Origin: an uncultured Streptococcus sp.
Lineage (GTDB): Bacteria; Bacillota; Bacilli; Lactobacillales; Aerococcaceae
DNA length: 60,435 nt
Direction of reading: 5' to 3'
Assembly: GCA_916719965.1 (NCBI GenBank)
Contig: CAKAPS010000001.1
Span: 1-60,435 of the forward strand
The notes below the pieces were generated by a model. The model searched no databases and was not told where the DNA came from. It worked only from the letters and a program-made list of their open reading frames with translations. The position numbers and the translations under genes are program-made. This document shows positions 9,671 to 19,445 of the stretch, piece by piece; positions within the stretch are counted from its first letter, which is position 1, and every line of letters starts with the position of its first letter.

Positions 9671-11159
9671 TCCAGTTATTCTTGAAATGAAGGGAATTGT
9701 GAAATCGTTTGGACCTGTAAAAGCCTTAAAAGGTGTAGACTTTGACCTAAGAACAGGTGAAGTACACGCGCTAATGGGTGAAAACGGGGCTGGTAAATCC
9801 ACTTTGATGAAAGTATTGACAGGTATTTACGGCGCGAATGAAGGAACGATTCACTATAACGGAAAACAAGTAGAATATTCTAAGCCAAAAGAGGCTATGG
9901 ACGATGGGATTGTAATCGTGCACCAAGAGTTGAATATGATGAACCACTTAACAGTGGCTCAAAACATCTTCATCGGTCGTGAAGAAATTAATCAAGGTCT
10001 CTTCATCAACGATAATGCCGGAAATAAAAAGGCAAAAGAATTATTCAAATTGTTGAAACTGGATATTAATCCACAAGAAAAAGTGGGAAACTTAACAGTT
10101 GGTAAACAACAAATGGTTGAAATTGCCAAAGCATTGTCAATGGATGCTAAGATTATTGTTTTCGACGAACCAACAGCAGCGTTAACAGAATCAGAAATTA
10201 ATGAATTATTCGCAATTATTGATGACTTACGTGCTAAAGGTGTAGGAATTATCTATATTTCTCACCGTATGGACGAAATTGCCCGTATTACGGACCGTGT
10301 AACGGTTATGAGGGACGGGGAATATGTTGGAACTGTAAATACAAAAGAAACTACAAAGGACGAGATCATCGCAATGATGGTTGGTCGTACTATTTACGAA
10401 GATCCGAAAGCGGTTTCTGCAGTACCAGAAGGAGCACCTGTTGTATTAGAAGTGGAACACTTAAACTCAGGAAGCCACGTAAAAGATGTTAGCTTTGTGC
10501 TTCATAAAGGTGAAATCTTAGGTTTCTCTGGATTAATGGGAGCGGGCCGAACAGAAGTAGCTCGTTTACTATTCGGAGCGGATAAGAAAGATAGCGGAAC
10601 CATTAAAATTAATGGTAAAGAGGTTGATATTAAAAATCCTCAAGATGCTATTAGAGAAGGTATTGGTTATCTTTCAGAAGACCGTAAACGTTATGGATGT
10701 ATCGTTGATATGACCATTGCCAATAACACAGTAATGACAAACCTTGATAAGTACATTAAGGGTGGTTTCATCGATGACGGTGAAATTATCAAAGTCAGTG
10801 ATGAATTCGTTAAACAATTAAGAACGAAAACACCATCATCGAAACAACTAGTTCGGAACTTATCAGGTGGTAACCAACAAAAAGTTGTTATTGCGAAATG
10901 GCTAGAACAAAATAGCGATATTCTAATTTTTGACGAACCAACTCGAGGAATTGACGTTGGTGCGAAAAGTGAAATCTACTCATTAATGAATGAACTAGTA
11001 GCTCAAGGAAAATCAATCATTATGATTTCTTCAGAGCTTACAGAAATTTTACGTATGAGCGATCGTATTGTTGTCATGTGTGAAGGACGTAAAACAGGGG
11101 AACTTGATATCAGTCAAGCAACTCAAGAACGTATCCTCGCTTTAGCAACGGATCGATAA
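9663..11159 (+). CDS. Monosaccharide (CUT2) ABC transporter ATP-binding protein, RbsA/MglA-like
   Basis: Tandem NBDs; GENGAGKST, LSGGNQQK, DEPTRGIDVGAK. Confidence 0.93.
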   Translation: MSNPVILEMKGIVKSFGPVKALKGVDFDLRTGEVHALMGENGAGKSTLMKVLTGIYGANEGTIHYNGKQVEYSKPKEAMDDGIVIVHQELNMMNHLTVAQNIFIGREEINQGLFINDNAGNKKAKELFKLLKLDINPQEKVGNLTVGKQQMVEIAKALSMDAKIIVFDEPTAALTESEINELFAIIDDLRAKGVGIIYISHRMDEIARITDRVTVMRDGEYVGTVNTKETTKDEIIAMMVGRTIYEDPKAVSAVPEGAPVVLEVEHLNSGSHVKDVSFVLHKGEILGFSGLMGAGRTEVARLLFGADKKDSGTIKINGKEVDIKNPQDAIREGIGYLSEDRKRYGCIVDMTIANNTVMTNLDKYIKGGFIDDGEIIKVSDEFVKQLRTKTPSSKQLVRNLSGGNQQKVVIAKWLEQNSDILIFDEPTRGIDVGAKSEIYSLMNELVAQGKSIIMISSELTEILRMSDRIVVMCEGRKTGELDISQATQERILALATDR

Positions 11160-11177
11160 TCGAAGAGAGGTATTGAT

Positions 11178-12161
11178 ATGGAAGAGAAAAAGTCCCTATG
11201 GACGAAACTGGTACAATCAGTTGGATTACAAAAATTAATTGCATTAATCGCGTTGATCGTGATTTTCACATTCTTTGCAGTCTCAAGTGAATCGTTCCGT
11301 TCGTTTGATACAGCGGTAAGCATTTTAGACGCATCTTATTACATTGGTTTCTTAGCAATTGGGGTAACATTCGTTATTATCACCGGTGGTATTGACTTAT
11401 CAATCGGTACAGTAATGATGTGTTCTGCCATCGTTGGTGGAGTGCTCCATACAAAAATGGGTTGGCCATTATGGCTAGCATTGTTGGCAATATTAGTGAT
11501 TGGGGGTGTATTTGGATTATTCAACGGAATTTTAATTGCGAAATTTGGATTACCACCATTCATCGCAACACTTGGTACAATGATGATTTCACGTGGTTTA
11601 AGCTCAATCGTATCAAACGTACAAAGTGTAACGTTCCCATTACGTGGAACTGGTGAAGGCTGGTACAAAGACTTATTCAGAACGCAAGATAATTTTCCAA
11701 CCGGGTTGATCGTCTTGATTGTCGTAGCGATTATTGCAGCCATTGTTTTAAATAAAACAAAAATTGGTCGTTACATCTTTGCCATCGGTTCAAATAAAGA
11801 AGCTACTAGACTTTCAGGTGTAAACGTTATCAAATGGGAAGGTATGGCTTATGTCATCAGTGGACTTCTAGCAGGTTTAGCTGGTATCGCATATGCTGCA
11901 ACTTATTCAACTATCCTTCCTGGTACAGGGAACGGTATGGAACTTGATGCCATCGCCGGAGTAGTTGTCGGTGGTACTTCACTTGCCGGTGGGGTTGGTT
12001 CAGTTGTTGGTACAATCATCGGGGTATTCATCATGTCTGTCTTGAAGATTGGTTTACCATACATCGACTTACAACCACACTATCAATTATTCATCACAGG
12101 TTTCGTTGTAATCGTTGCCGTTTACTCTGATATCTTAATCCGCATGAATAAGAAAAAATAG
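11178..12161 (+). CDS. Monosaccharide ABC transporter permease, RbsC-like
   Basis: GGIDLSIG, PPFIATLG, ELDAIAGVVVGGTSL. Confidence 0.93.
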   Translation: MEEKKSLWTKLVQSVGLQKLIALIALIVIFTFFAVSSESFRSFDTAVSILDASYYIGFLAIGVTFVIITGGIDLSIGTVMMCSAIVGGVLHTKMGWPLWLALLAILVIGGVFGLFNGILIAKFGLPPFIATLGTMMISRGLSSIVSNVQSVTFPLRGTGEGWYKDLFRTQDNFPTGLIVLIVVAIIAAIVLNKTKIGRYIFAIGSNKEATRLSGVNVIKWEGMAYVISGLLAGLAGIAYAATYSTILPGTGNGMELDAIAGVVVGGTSLAGGVGSVVGTIIGVFIMSVLKIGLPYIDLQPHYQLFITGFVVIVAVYSDILIRMNKKK

Positions 12162-12237
12162 TTTGATATTGACACAATGAGTTGGGAAGACACCTTCAAA
12201 GAAAGGGTCAAAAAGGACATATAAAGGAGAATAAATC

Positions 12238-13326
12238 ATGAAAAAATCGTTCAAATATGCTATTGCAACTCTAGCTTGTGCTTCTGCTTTATTAGCAGGA
12301 TGTACTTCAAATAAATCAAATGCTGACGGTGGAAATAATAAAGCTCAAGCAAGCGGAGACTTCAAAGTAGAAGTGATTGCTAAAGGGTTCCAACATGACT
12401 TCTGGAAAGCTGTAAACAAAGGGGCTGAAAAAGCAGCTCAAGAATTAGGTGCTAAAATTACTTTCGTAGGACCTCAAAATGAAACAGCAATCGCAGAACA
12501 ATTGGAACAATTAAACAATGCGATCAACAAAAATCCAAAAGCAATCGCTTTAGCTGCATTAGATACTGAAGCAGAATTAGATGCGATTAAACAAGCACAA
12601 TCTAAAAACATTCCTATTATCGGATTTGACTCAGGGGTTCCAGGAGCACCAGAAGGAGCTATCAAAGCTACTGCATCAACAGACAACCATGCTGCTGGTG
12701 GTAACGCTGCTGAACACTTATTCAAATTACTTGAAAGCAAAGTCGGCGACAAGAAAGTTCGTATCGGGGTTGTTTCTCAAGAAGTTAACTCACTTTCAAT
12801 CACTCAAAGAACAAAAGGTTTCATTGATAAAATGGTTGAATTATTAAACAAAAAAGGCATTAAAACTGCTGTAACTGGACATGACAAATTCAAAAACGAT
12901 GTAGCTGAAGCTGATGCTAAAGTAGTTATCGAAGTTCGTGTTCCAGCTCAAGTAGACGATGCTGCAGGTAAAACTGAAGCTTCTACAGTTCTTGAAAAAG
13001 AAGACACTATTGCAATCTATGGTTCAAACGAATTCGCTGCAAAAGCAATCATCAACGCTAATGGCGGTTTCAAAGAATCTAAACTTGGCGCAGACAAAAT
13101 CTTAGCTGTTGGTTTCGACTCAGGTGCATTACAACAAGATGCTATCCGTAAAGGAATCTTCGTTGGTTCTGTAACTCAAGACCCAGTTCAAATTGGTTAC
13201 CAAGCTGTTAAATTAGCAATTGCTGCAGCTAAAGGTGAAACAGTTAAAGACGTGGATACTGGTTCTAAATGGTATGACGCTAAGAACATCGATAGCGAAG
13301 AAATCAAAGCTTTACTATACGAATAA
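12238..13326 (+). CDS. Sugar ABC transporter substrate-binding lipoprotein (probable L-fucose)
   Basis: Lipobox LLAGC; periplasmic-binding-protein type I motifs (FWKAV, GFDSG, VTQDP); located in the fuc operon. Confidence 0.88.
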   Translation: MKKSFKYAIATLACASALLAGCTSNKSNADGGNNKAQASGDFKVEVIAKGFQHDFWKAVNKGAEKAAQELGAKITFVGPQNETAIAEQLEQLNNAINKNPKAIALAALDTEAELDAIKQAQSKNIPIIGFDSGVPGAPEGAIKATASTDNHAAGGNAAEHLFKLLESKVGDKKVRIGVVSQEVNSLSITQRTKGFIDKMVELLNKKGIKTAVTGHDKFKNDVAEADAKVVIEVRVPAQVDDAAGKTEASTVLEKEDTIAIYGSNEFAAKAIINANGGFKESKLGADKILAVGFDSGALQQDAIRKGIFVGSVTQDPVQIGYQAVKLAIAAAKGETVKDVDTGSKWYDAKNIDSEEIKALLYE

Positions 13327-13356
13327 AAAATAGGGATTAGTAATGGAGGAGAAAAC

Positions 13357-14841
13357 ATGAGCTTGATTAAATTATTAGCCATTGATTTAGGCGCAAGTTC
13401 AGGACGTGTTATGCAGGCGATTTATGACGGGCACTCCCTCCAATTATCAGAGGTTCATCGGTTCAAAAACGAACCGGTGAATCTTAATGATGGTTTGTAT
13501 TGGAATTTGTTGCACTTGTTTGGAGAAATTAAGCAAGGAATCAAGAAGGCTTCCAAAGATTCGATTCCGATTCGTTCCATCTCTGTTGATACATGGGGAG
13601 TAGACTATGCCTATCTAGATCAAAATGGAGATTTGCTCTATCAACCACATTGTTACAGAGATAATCGAATGGGTCGATACGAGGAGTCATTTTATAACGC
13701 TATCTCGAAGAAAGAATTATTCCAAAAAACAGGTGTGCAGCCTGCAACCATTAATACGGTCTTACAAATCTATTCAGATTTGCAAGAAAAACCACAATTA
13801 AGAAATATCGTTCAACGCGTGTTGTTTATCCCAGATTTAATCAACTACTTACTTTCAGGAGTGCTATCAAATGAATACACGATTGCAAGTACAAGTGGGT
13901 TACTGGATATCTTTACACAAGACTTCTCAGAAGAAGTGTTTGAACGCTTAGACATTCCGCGTAAATGGTTCACAACACCAACGAAGAATGGTGAGGTCTT
14001 AAGACAATTATCACCACGCATCACTCAAGAGTTGAAAGTAGATCCATTTGACGTGATTGCAGGGGCTGGACATGATACAGCTGCTGCAGTACTTGCGATT
14101 CCATATGAACATGAAAAAGGCACTGTCTTTATTTCATGTGGTACTTGGTCGCTTGTCGGAACAGAATCTGACGAGCCTGTTGTAACGGATGAAGCATTTG
14201 CCTCAGGACTAACTAATGAAGGATGTTTTGATGGTAAATATCGTCTCTTACAAAACACAACAGGAATGTGGATTATTCAAGAATTACAACGCGACTGGCG
14301 CTTGCAAGGGGAAGAAGTTGGCTTTGGCGAAATGGTCACATTAGCCGAAGAAGTAACGGACAACCAAACTTGGATTCATCCAAATGACCCAGTTTTCGCT
14401 TCTCCTGGAGAAATGGAAACAAAAATTAAAGAATGGTGTAAAGTGAGTGGACAAAAAGTTCCGCAAACGAAAGGTCAAATCGTTCGTGTCGTTCTAGAAA
14501 GTTTAGCTTTAACCTATCTAGAAACGATTACGCAATTAGAACAATTGACAAAACACGAAATGACAACTGTTCAAATGGTCGGCGGAGGCATTCAAAACAA
14601 ATTGCTTTGCCAGTTAACAGCAGACTTTACAGGACGTACAGTTATTACAGGACCGGTAGAAGCGAGTGCACTTGGAAATATCTTGTCACAAATGCTAACT
14701 CTTGGAGTGATTTCAAGTCGCAAAGAAGCACAAGACATTATCAAGGCTTCAGAACCTGTAACGCGTTATGAAAGTCGTGCGATTGAGAATTTAGAAGAAA
14801 TTCGCTTGAAATTCAATAAAGTGAAGAGAGGAATTCAGTAA
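13357..14841 (+). CDS. fucK: L-fuculokinase (rhamnulokinase-like FGGY family)
   Basis: AIDLGASSGR, DTWGVD, GHDTA, SCGTWSL, TNEG; operon context. Confidence 0.85.
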   Translation: MSLIKLLAIDLGASSGRVMQAIYDGHSLQLSEVHRFKNEPVNLNDGLYWNLLHLFGEIKQGIKKASKDSIPIRSISVDTWGVDYAYLDQNGDLLYQPHCYRDNRMGRYEESFYNAISKKELFQKTGVQPATINTVLQIYSDLQEKPQLRNIVQRVLFIPDLINYLLSGVLSNEYTIASTSGLLDIFTQDFSEEVFERLDIPRKWFTTPTKNGEVLRQLSPRITQELKVDPFDVIAGAGHDTAAAVLAIPYEHEKGTVFISCGTWSLVGTESDEPVVTDEAFASGLTNEGCFDGKYRLLQNTTGMWIIQELQRDWRLQGEEVGFGEMVTLAEEVTDNQTWIHPNDPVFASPGEMETKIKEWCKVSGQKVPQTKGQIVRVVLESLALTYLETITQLEQLTKHEMTTVQMVGGGIQNKLLCQLTADFTGRTVITGPVEASALGNILSQMLTLGVISSRKEAQDIIKASEPVTRYESRAIENLEEIRLKFNKVKRGIQ

Positions 14842-15263
14842 TGTTAAAACAAATTCCTAAAATTTTAAGCCCAGAACTTGTGAAATATTTAATGGAGATG
14901 GGACATGGAGATGAATTGGTACTTGCGGATGCAAACTTCCCAGCTCATCGTATCGGCCAACGCGTGATTCGTATGGACGGACATGGTGTTCCAGTAGCTT
15001 TAGAAGCAATTCTACAAGTATTGCCATTAGATACTTACAGTTCATATCAAGCAGGATTAATGCAAGTCGTTCCGGGAGATCCAACTGTTCCGGTGATTTG
15101 GGACGAATATAAACGTCTCTTAGAAGAAAGTCACCCGGGAGCAGCGATTAAAGAGTTCGAACGATTTGAGTTTTACGAACAAGCTAAAGACGCTTATCTA
15201 GTGATTCAAACAGGAGAAAGTGCCTTGTATGGAAACATCATCTTGAAAAAAGGTGTTTTATAA
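14841..15263 (+). CDS. fucU: L-fucose mutarotase
   Basis: EMGHGDELVLADANFP, ERFEFY, YGNIILKKG. Confidence 0.93.
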   Translation: MLKQIPKILSPELVKYLMEMGHGDELVLADANFPAHRIGQRVIRMDGHGVPVALEAILQVLPLDTYSSYQAGLMQVVPGDPTVPVIWDEYKRLLEESHPGAAIKEFERFEFYEQAKDAYLVIQTGESALYGNIILKKGVL

Positions 15264-15292
15264 ACTTACTTACTAGTTAGGAGAGAAAAATT

Positions 15293-16444
15293 ATGTCAAC
15301 ATTTTATGTACCAGCTATTAACTTAATCGGAAGAGGAGTCGTTAAAGAAATTGGACCTTACGTAAAAGATCTAGGATATCATAAAGCTCTTTTAGTAACG
15401 GATAAATTTATCGAATCAAGTGATATTCTTCCTAAAGTCACAGAACCTTTAAAAGAAGCAGGTGTAGACTTCGTTATTTACTCTGATGTAGAACCAAACC
15501 CAACTTGTAAAAATGTTAACGATGGGGTTGCTGCGTTAAAAGAAAACAACTGCGACTTCATCATCAGCTTAGGTGGTGGATCACCTCAAGACTGTGCAAG
15601 CTGTATTTCAGTAATTGCAACAAACGGTGGAAAACCACAAGACTACGAAGGATTACACAAATCTGATAAAAAAGGTTTACCAGTTGTTGCTATCAACACA
15701 ACTGCAGGTACTTCAGCTGAAATTACAATCAACTATGTAATTACAGACGAAGAAAGAAAAGTTAAAATGGTAATGGTTGATAAAAACAGCCTAGCTTTAA
15801 TCTCTGTAAACGACCCTGAATTAATGGTATCTAAACCAGCAGCATTAACTGCAGCAACAGGTATGGATGCTCTAACTCACGCGGTTGAAGCTTTAGTAAC
15901 TCCAGGTGCTTACGGCGTTACTAAGAAATTATCAATTGGTGCAATTGAATTAATCAAAGAATACTTACCACGTGCGGTTAAAGATGGTCATGACATCGAA
16001 GCTCGTGAAGGTATGGTGAACGCAATCTTCTTAGGCGGTATGTCATTCAACAACGCTGGACTAGGATATGTTCACTCAATGGCTCACCAATTAGGTGCTG
16101 TTTACAAACTTCCACACGGTGTATGCTGTGCTATGTTATTACCAGTAATCGAACGCGAAAATGCAAAACGTGTTCCAGCTGCATTCCGTGATGTTGCAAA
16201 AGCTTTAGGTTTACAAACTGAAGGTAAATCTGATGAAGAATGTGCAGCATACGCAATCAAAGAAATCGAAACTCTTTCTGAAACAGTAGGTATTCCTAAG
16301 AAATTAACTGAATTAGGAATTGAAGAAAAAGACTTCGACTTCGAATATCTATCTAAGAATGCGTTAATCGATGCTTGTGCACCAGGTAACCCATTCATGC
16401 CAACATTAGAAGAAACAATTGCTTTCTACAAAGAATTGTTCTAA
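15293..16444 (+). CDS. fucO: Iron-containing alcohol dehydrogenase / lactaldehyde reductase
   Basis: GGGSPQD, TTAGT, DALTHAVE, VHSMAH, PHG; last gene of the fuc operon. Confidence 0.8.
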   Translation: MSTFYVPAINLIGRGVVKEIGPYVKDLGYHKALLVTDKFIESSDILPKVTEPLKEAGVDFVIYSDVEPNPTCKNVNDGVAALKENNCDFIISLGGGSPQDCASCISVIATNGGKPQDYEGLHKSDKKGLPVVAINTTAGTSAEITINYVITDEERKVKMVMVDKNSLALISVNDPELMVSKPAALTAATGMDALTHAVEALVTPGAYGVTKKLSIGAIELIKEYLPRAVKDGHDIEAREGMVNAIFLGGMSFNNAGLGYVHSMAHQLGAVYKLPHGVCCAMLLPVIERENAKRVPAAFRDVAKALGLQTEGKSDEECAAYAIKEIETLSETVGIPKKLTELGIEEKDFDFEYLSKNALIDACAPGNPFMPTLEETIAFYKELF

Positions 16445-16475
16445 TCGGTAAAACAAAAATATTCGTATAGCTTTT

Positions 16476-16530
16476 AAACGTGGAGTATTGTCACCCCCCA
16501 GTGAAACGTCAATGCTCCACGTTTTATTTT
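16476..16530 (+). terminator. Terminator of the fuc operon
   Basis: aaacgtggagtattg/caatgctccacgttt stem followed by a T-rich tail. Confidence 0.7.
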
Positions 16531-16542
16531 CACGGAAATTTA

Positions 16543-16556
16543 TGAAAACGCATTAA
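16543..16556 (+). promoter_or_regulatory. cre-like site upstream of PTS IIA
   Basis: TGAAAACGCATTAA resembles TGWAANCGNWWNCA. Confidence 0.45.
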
Positions 16557-16622
16557 TTTCTGCTTGCTATTTAATGAAACCTGGTCTAGTATTAAGATAT
16601 TAAGTATTTAGGAGGAAATGGA

Positions 16623-17069
16623 ATGATAGGGTTAATTCTTACTGGGCATGGACAATTTGCTGTTGGAGTAGGACAAGCGTTAGAGATGATCGCTGGAAAA
16701 CAAGCGGCATATCGCGTGGTACCATTTTTAGAAAGTGATCCAATGGATGCTCTTGAAAATAATTTAAGAAATGCAATGGCTGAATTGCAAGAAGAAACAG
16801 AAGGGATTGTTGTATTTGCGGACCTTTTAGGAGGAAGTCCATTCAAGGCTGCTATGTTAGCTTCTGTTGATTTTGAAAATGTGGAAGTTGTTGTTGGAAC
16901 AAACTTACCAATGCTGATTGAAATTGCAATGTTACGTGAATTTGCTGCAAGTGCGCAAGACGTGGTAACACAAAGCTTATTAGCTGGTAAAGAAGCCATC
17001 CAACAAGTAAGCTTACCAACGATTCAAAATAATGACATTGATGAATTTGATGACGAGGATGGGATTTAA
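16623..17069 (+). CDS. PTS EIIA, mannose family (AgaF-like)
   Basis: TGHGQFA phospho-His, ADLLGGSPF, GTNLPML. Confidence 0.9.
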   Translation: MIGLILTGHGQFAVGVGQALEMIAGKQAAYRVVPFLESDPMDALENNLRNAMAELQEETEGIVVFADLLGGSPFKAAMLASVDFENVEVVVGTNLPMLIEIAMLREFAASAQDVVTQSLLAGKEAIQQVSLPTIQNNDIDEFDDEDGI

Positions 17070-17344
17070 TGACTGCCAATATTATTTTAGTAAGTTCCCT
17101 TACGTTTATCGTATTCGTCGTTGTAATTTTAGGGATTTATTATTTCTTCTCAAGAAAAAATATGAAACGTCAACAACAGTATTTTGAAAAATTACATGAA
17201 GCATTACAAGTTGGAAAACGTGTTGTCTGTGCGAATGGATTATATGGTACTGTAAAGAAAGTTGACGAAGAAAAAGTGGATGTTGAGATTGCAAAAGGTG
17301 TCGTGATTACGGTATCTCGTTTTGCGATTTCTGAAGTCTTATAA
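17069..17344 (+). CDS. yajC: YajC-family protein
   Basis: N-terminal TM, then LQVGKRVVCANGLYGTV...VEIAKGVVITVSRFAI beta domain. Confidence 0.8.
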   Translation: MTANIILVSSLTFIVFVVVILGIYYFFSRKNMKRQQQYFEKLHEALQVGKRVVCANGLYGTVKKVDEEKVDVEIAKGVVITVSRFAISEVL

Positions 17345-17355
17345 GCGGTGACTGT

Positions 17356-17841
17356 ATGCAATCGATTTTTGGAGAGTTTTATACAGGAGCTGACGGTAAG
17401 GATTATTTCTATCTGCCATTCTTAAAGACGGTTTATCATATACCGACAGATGACTTAGTGACTTTTAATGCCTTTAGACATCGCTTTGTTATTGCATTTG
17501 CACTAGGAGCTATTTTCTATAGTTTCTTTCCGAGTGATGTGTTGCTATGCGTATTTGTAGGAGCGTTATTCTACGCGCTTGCGACAGTTGCTTATCTGAA
17601 AAGTATTTTGCCAAAGTATGTGGTGCAAAAGGGAGTTCAAGAAGGAGACTTAAACCGAGCGAAGCAAAATGAACAGCAAGGATCCCTTGCTAAAACATTA
17701 CTCGTTAGTTTAGCAGGAGTTCTGATTATCGCTGGAAGTTTCTTTGTCTCAGGAGAGATGGTCAATCGAATGATTATCATTGCGTTTGGTGTCATCGTGA
17801 CTATCAGTGGAACTAGTTCTATTATCGGAAAATCAAAATAA
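17356..17841 (+). CDS. Hypothetical membrane protein (about 4 TM)
   Basis: Two pairs of hydrophobic helices; directly follows yajC; terminator at about 17851-17878. Confidence 0.7.
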   Translation: MQSIFGEFYTGADGKDYFYLPFLKTVYHIPTDDLVTFNAFRHRFVIAFALGAIFYSFFPSDVLLCVFVGALFYALATVAYLKSILPKYVVQKGVQEGDLNRAKQNEQQGSLAKTLLVSLAGVLIIAGSFFVSGEMVNRMIIIAFGVIVTISGTSSIIGKSK

Positions 17842-18063
17842 AGTGAAATGGAAGCTTAGATTCTAAGCTTCTTTTTTTATGGAAAAATTTAGAGGGGGGG
17901 GACTTTGTTAATTGTGAAGAAATTCAAATATATTTGTAGAGATTAGTGAGAGTTGTCTGACATCAAAGCGGTGAAAAAAGCATGTATATATAATGTTTTA
18001 CAAATTAGCAATACAAAAATGTAATAAAAACTCAAAAATGAAGAATTTATTAAAAAAGTTTTA

Positions 18064-18101
18064 CTAAAACGCTTCCAAAAAATCGAAGAATTATGTATAA
18101 T
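18064..18101 (+). promoter_or_regulatory. Promoter of PTS IIB-IIC-IID with a cre-like site over the -35
   Basis: TTCCAA-17-TATAAT; CTAAAACGCTTCCA cre-like. Confidence 0.5.
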
Positions 18102-18133
18102 GAATTTAGCTTTTTATGAAAGGAGAGCTAGTA

Positions 18134-18610
18134 ATGCCAAATATTTTATTAACACGAATTGACAATCGTATGATTCACGGTCAAGTTGCAACTCAATGGT
18201 CATCTTACTTAGGTGCCAACCTACTGCTTGTTGCAAACGATAAAGTAGCTACGGATCCGATGCGTCAAGGGTTAATGGATATGGCTGCTCCAGCTGGTGC
18301 ACAAACTCGTTATTTCACTATTGAAAAAACGATTAATGTCATCGGTAAAGCAGCAGACCGTCAGTTGATTTTCATCATCTGTGAAAATCCTCAAGACGTA
18401 GTGAAATTAGTAGAGGGAGGAGTGCCAATCAAGAAGGTTAACATTGGGAACATGCACATGGCGGAAGGAAAACGCCAAGTAGCAGGTGTTGTTGCGGTTG
18501 ATGATGCAGATGTTGCTGCATTTAGAAGACTGCAGGAGTTAGGTGTCGAACTTGAAATTCAGAAAGTTCCAACTGAAGGAAAAGAAGACGTTTCGAAATT
18601 ATTCCAATAA
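18134..18610 (+). CDS. PTS EIIB, mannose family (AgaV-like, GalNAc/galactosamine)
   Basis: RIDNRMIHGQV phospho-His, NIGNMH; RBS aaggag before ATG 18134. Confidence 0.9.
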   Translation: MPNILLTRIDNRMIHGQVATQWSSYLGANLLLVANDKVATDPMRQGLMDMAAPAGAQTRYFTIEKTINVIGKAADRQLIFIICENPQDVVKLVEGGVPIKKVNIGNMHMAEGKRQVAGVVAVDDADVAAFRRLQELGVELEIQKVPTEGKEDVSKLFQ

Positions 18611-18632
18611 TTTTTATTTATAAAAGGGGTCA

Positions 18633-19445
18633 ATGAATATGCAAGCAAGTTTTATTCAAATCTTATTAGTATTCCTTGTAACTTTTGTTGCTGCGATTGA
18701 CCAATTCAGCTTTTTAGAATCACTATACCAACCTATCGTAATGGGTCCAGTGATCGGAGCTATTTTGGGCGACGTACAAACAGGGTTAGTTGTTGGGGGT
18801 ACTTACCAATTAATGACAATCGGTAACATGCCAGTCGGTGGGGCACAACCACCTAATGCCGTAATCGGCGGAATTATGGCGACAGTATTAGCTATCAGCC
18901 TTAAATTAGAACCAGCTGCTGCAGTAGGTGCTGCTGTTCCATTTGCGCTTTTAGGTCAATATGGCGTTACTTTAATCTTTGCTTTAATGTCACCAATGAT
19001 GGCTGTGGCTGATAAGTATGCACACGATGCAAATCCAAAAGGAATTGCTCGCTTGAACTACTTAGCAATGGCTGCATTAGGAGCTATCTTTGGTCTTGTA
19101 GTTGTATTATTCTTCGTCGGTGGACAAGCTATCGGGGATACTTTAACAAAATCTATTCCTGAATGGTTCATGTCAGGTTTAGGTGCTGCCGGTGGTATGA
19201 TGCGCTTCGTAGGGTTCGCAATCTTACTAAAAGTAATGGTTTCTAAAGAACTATGGGGCTTCTATTTCTTAGGTTTTGCTTTAGCAAACATTGTTTCTGC
19301 AAGTGAAAGCTTAGCTGGATCTGCATTAGTATTATTAGCGTTCATTGGTTTTGCAATTGCATACTGGGATTTCCAAATCCAAACAAAATTCAAAACAGCG
19401 GGTGCTAGCATTGTGAACGATGGAGGTGAAGAAGATGGCATATAA
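18633..19445 (+). CDS. PTS EIIC, mannose family (AgaW-like)
   Basis: QPIVMGP, GGAQPP, hydrophobic profile. Confidence 0.9.
   Translation: MNMQASFIQILLVFLVTFVAAIDQFSFLESLYQPIVMGPVIGAILGDVQTGLVVGGTYQLMTIGNMPVGGAQPPNAVIGGIMATVLAISLKLEPAAAVGAAVPFALLGQYGVTLIFALMSPMMAVADKYAHDANPKGIARLNYLAMAALGAIFGLVVVLFFVGGQAIGDTLTKSIPEWFMSGLGAAGGMMRFVGFAILLKVMVSKELWGFYFLGFALANIVSASESLAGSALVLLAFIGFAIAYWDFQIQTKFKTAGASIVNDGGEEDGI

Noticed and set aside
17894..17901. G8 tract as a phase-variation switch
   Set aside because: It lies about 170 nt upstream of the predicted -35 and outside any ORF or promoter spacer.
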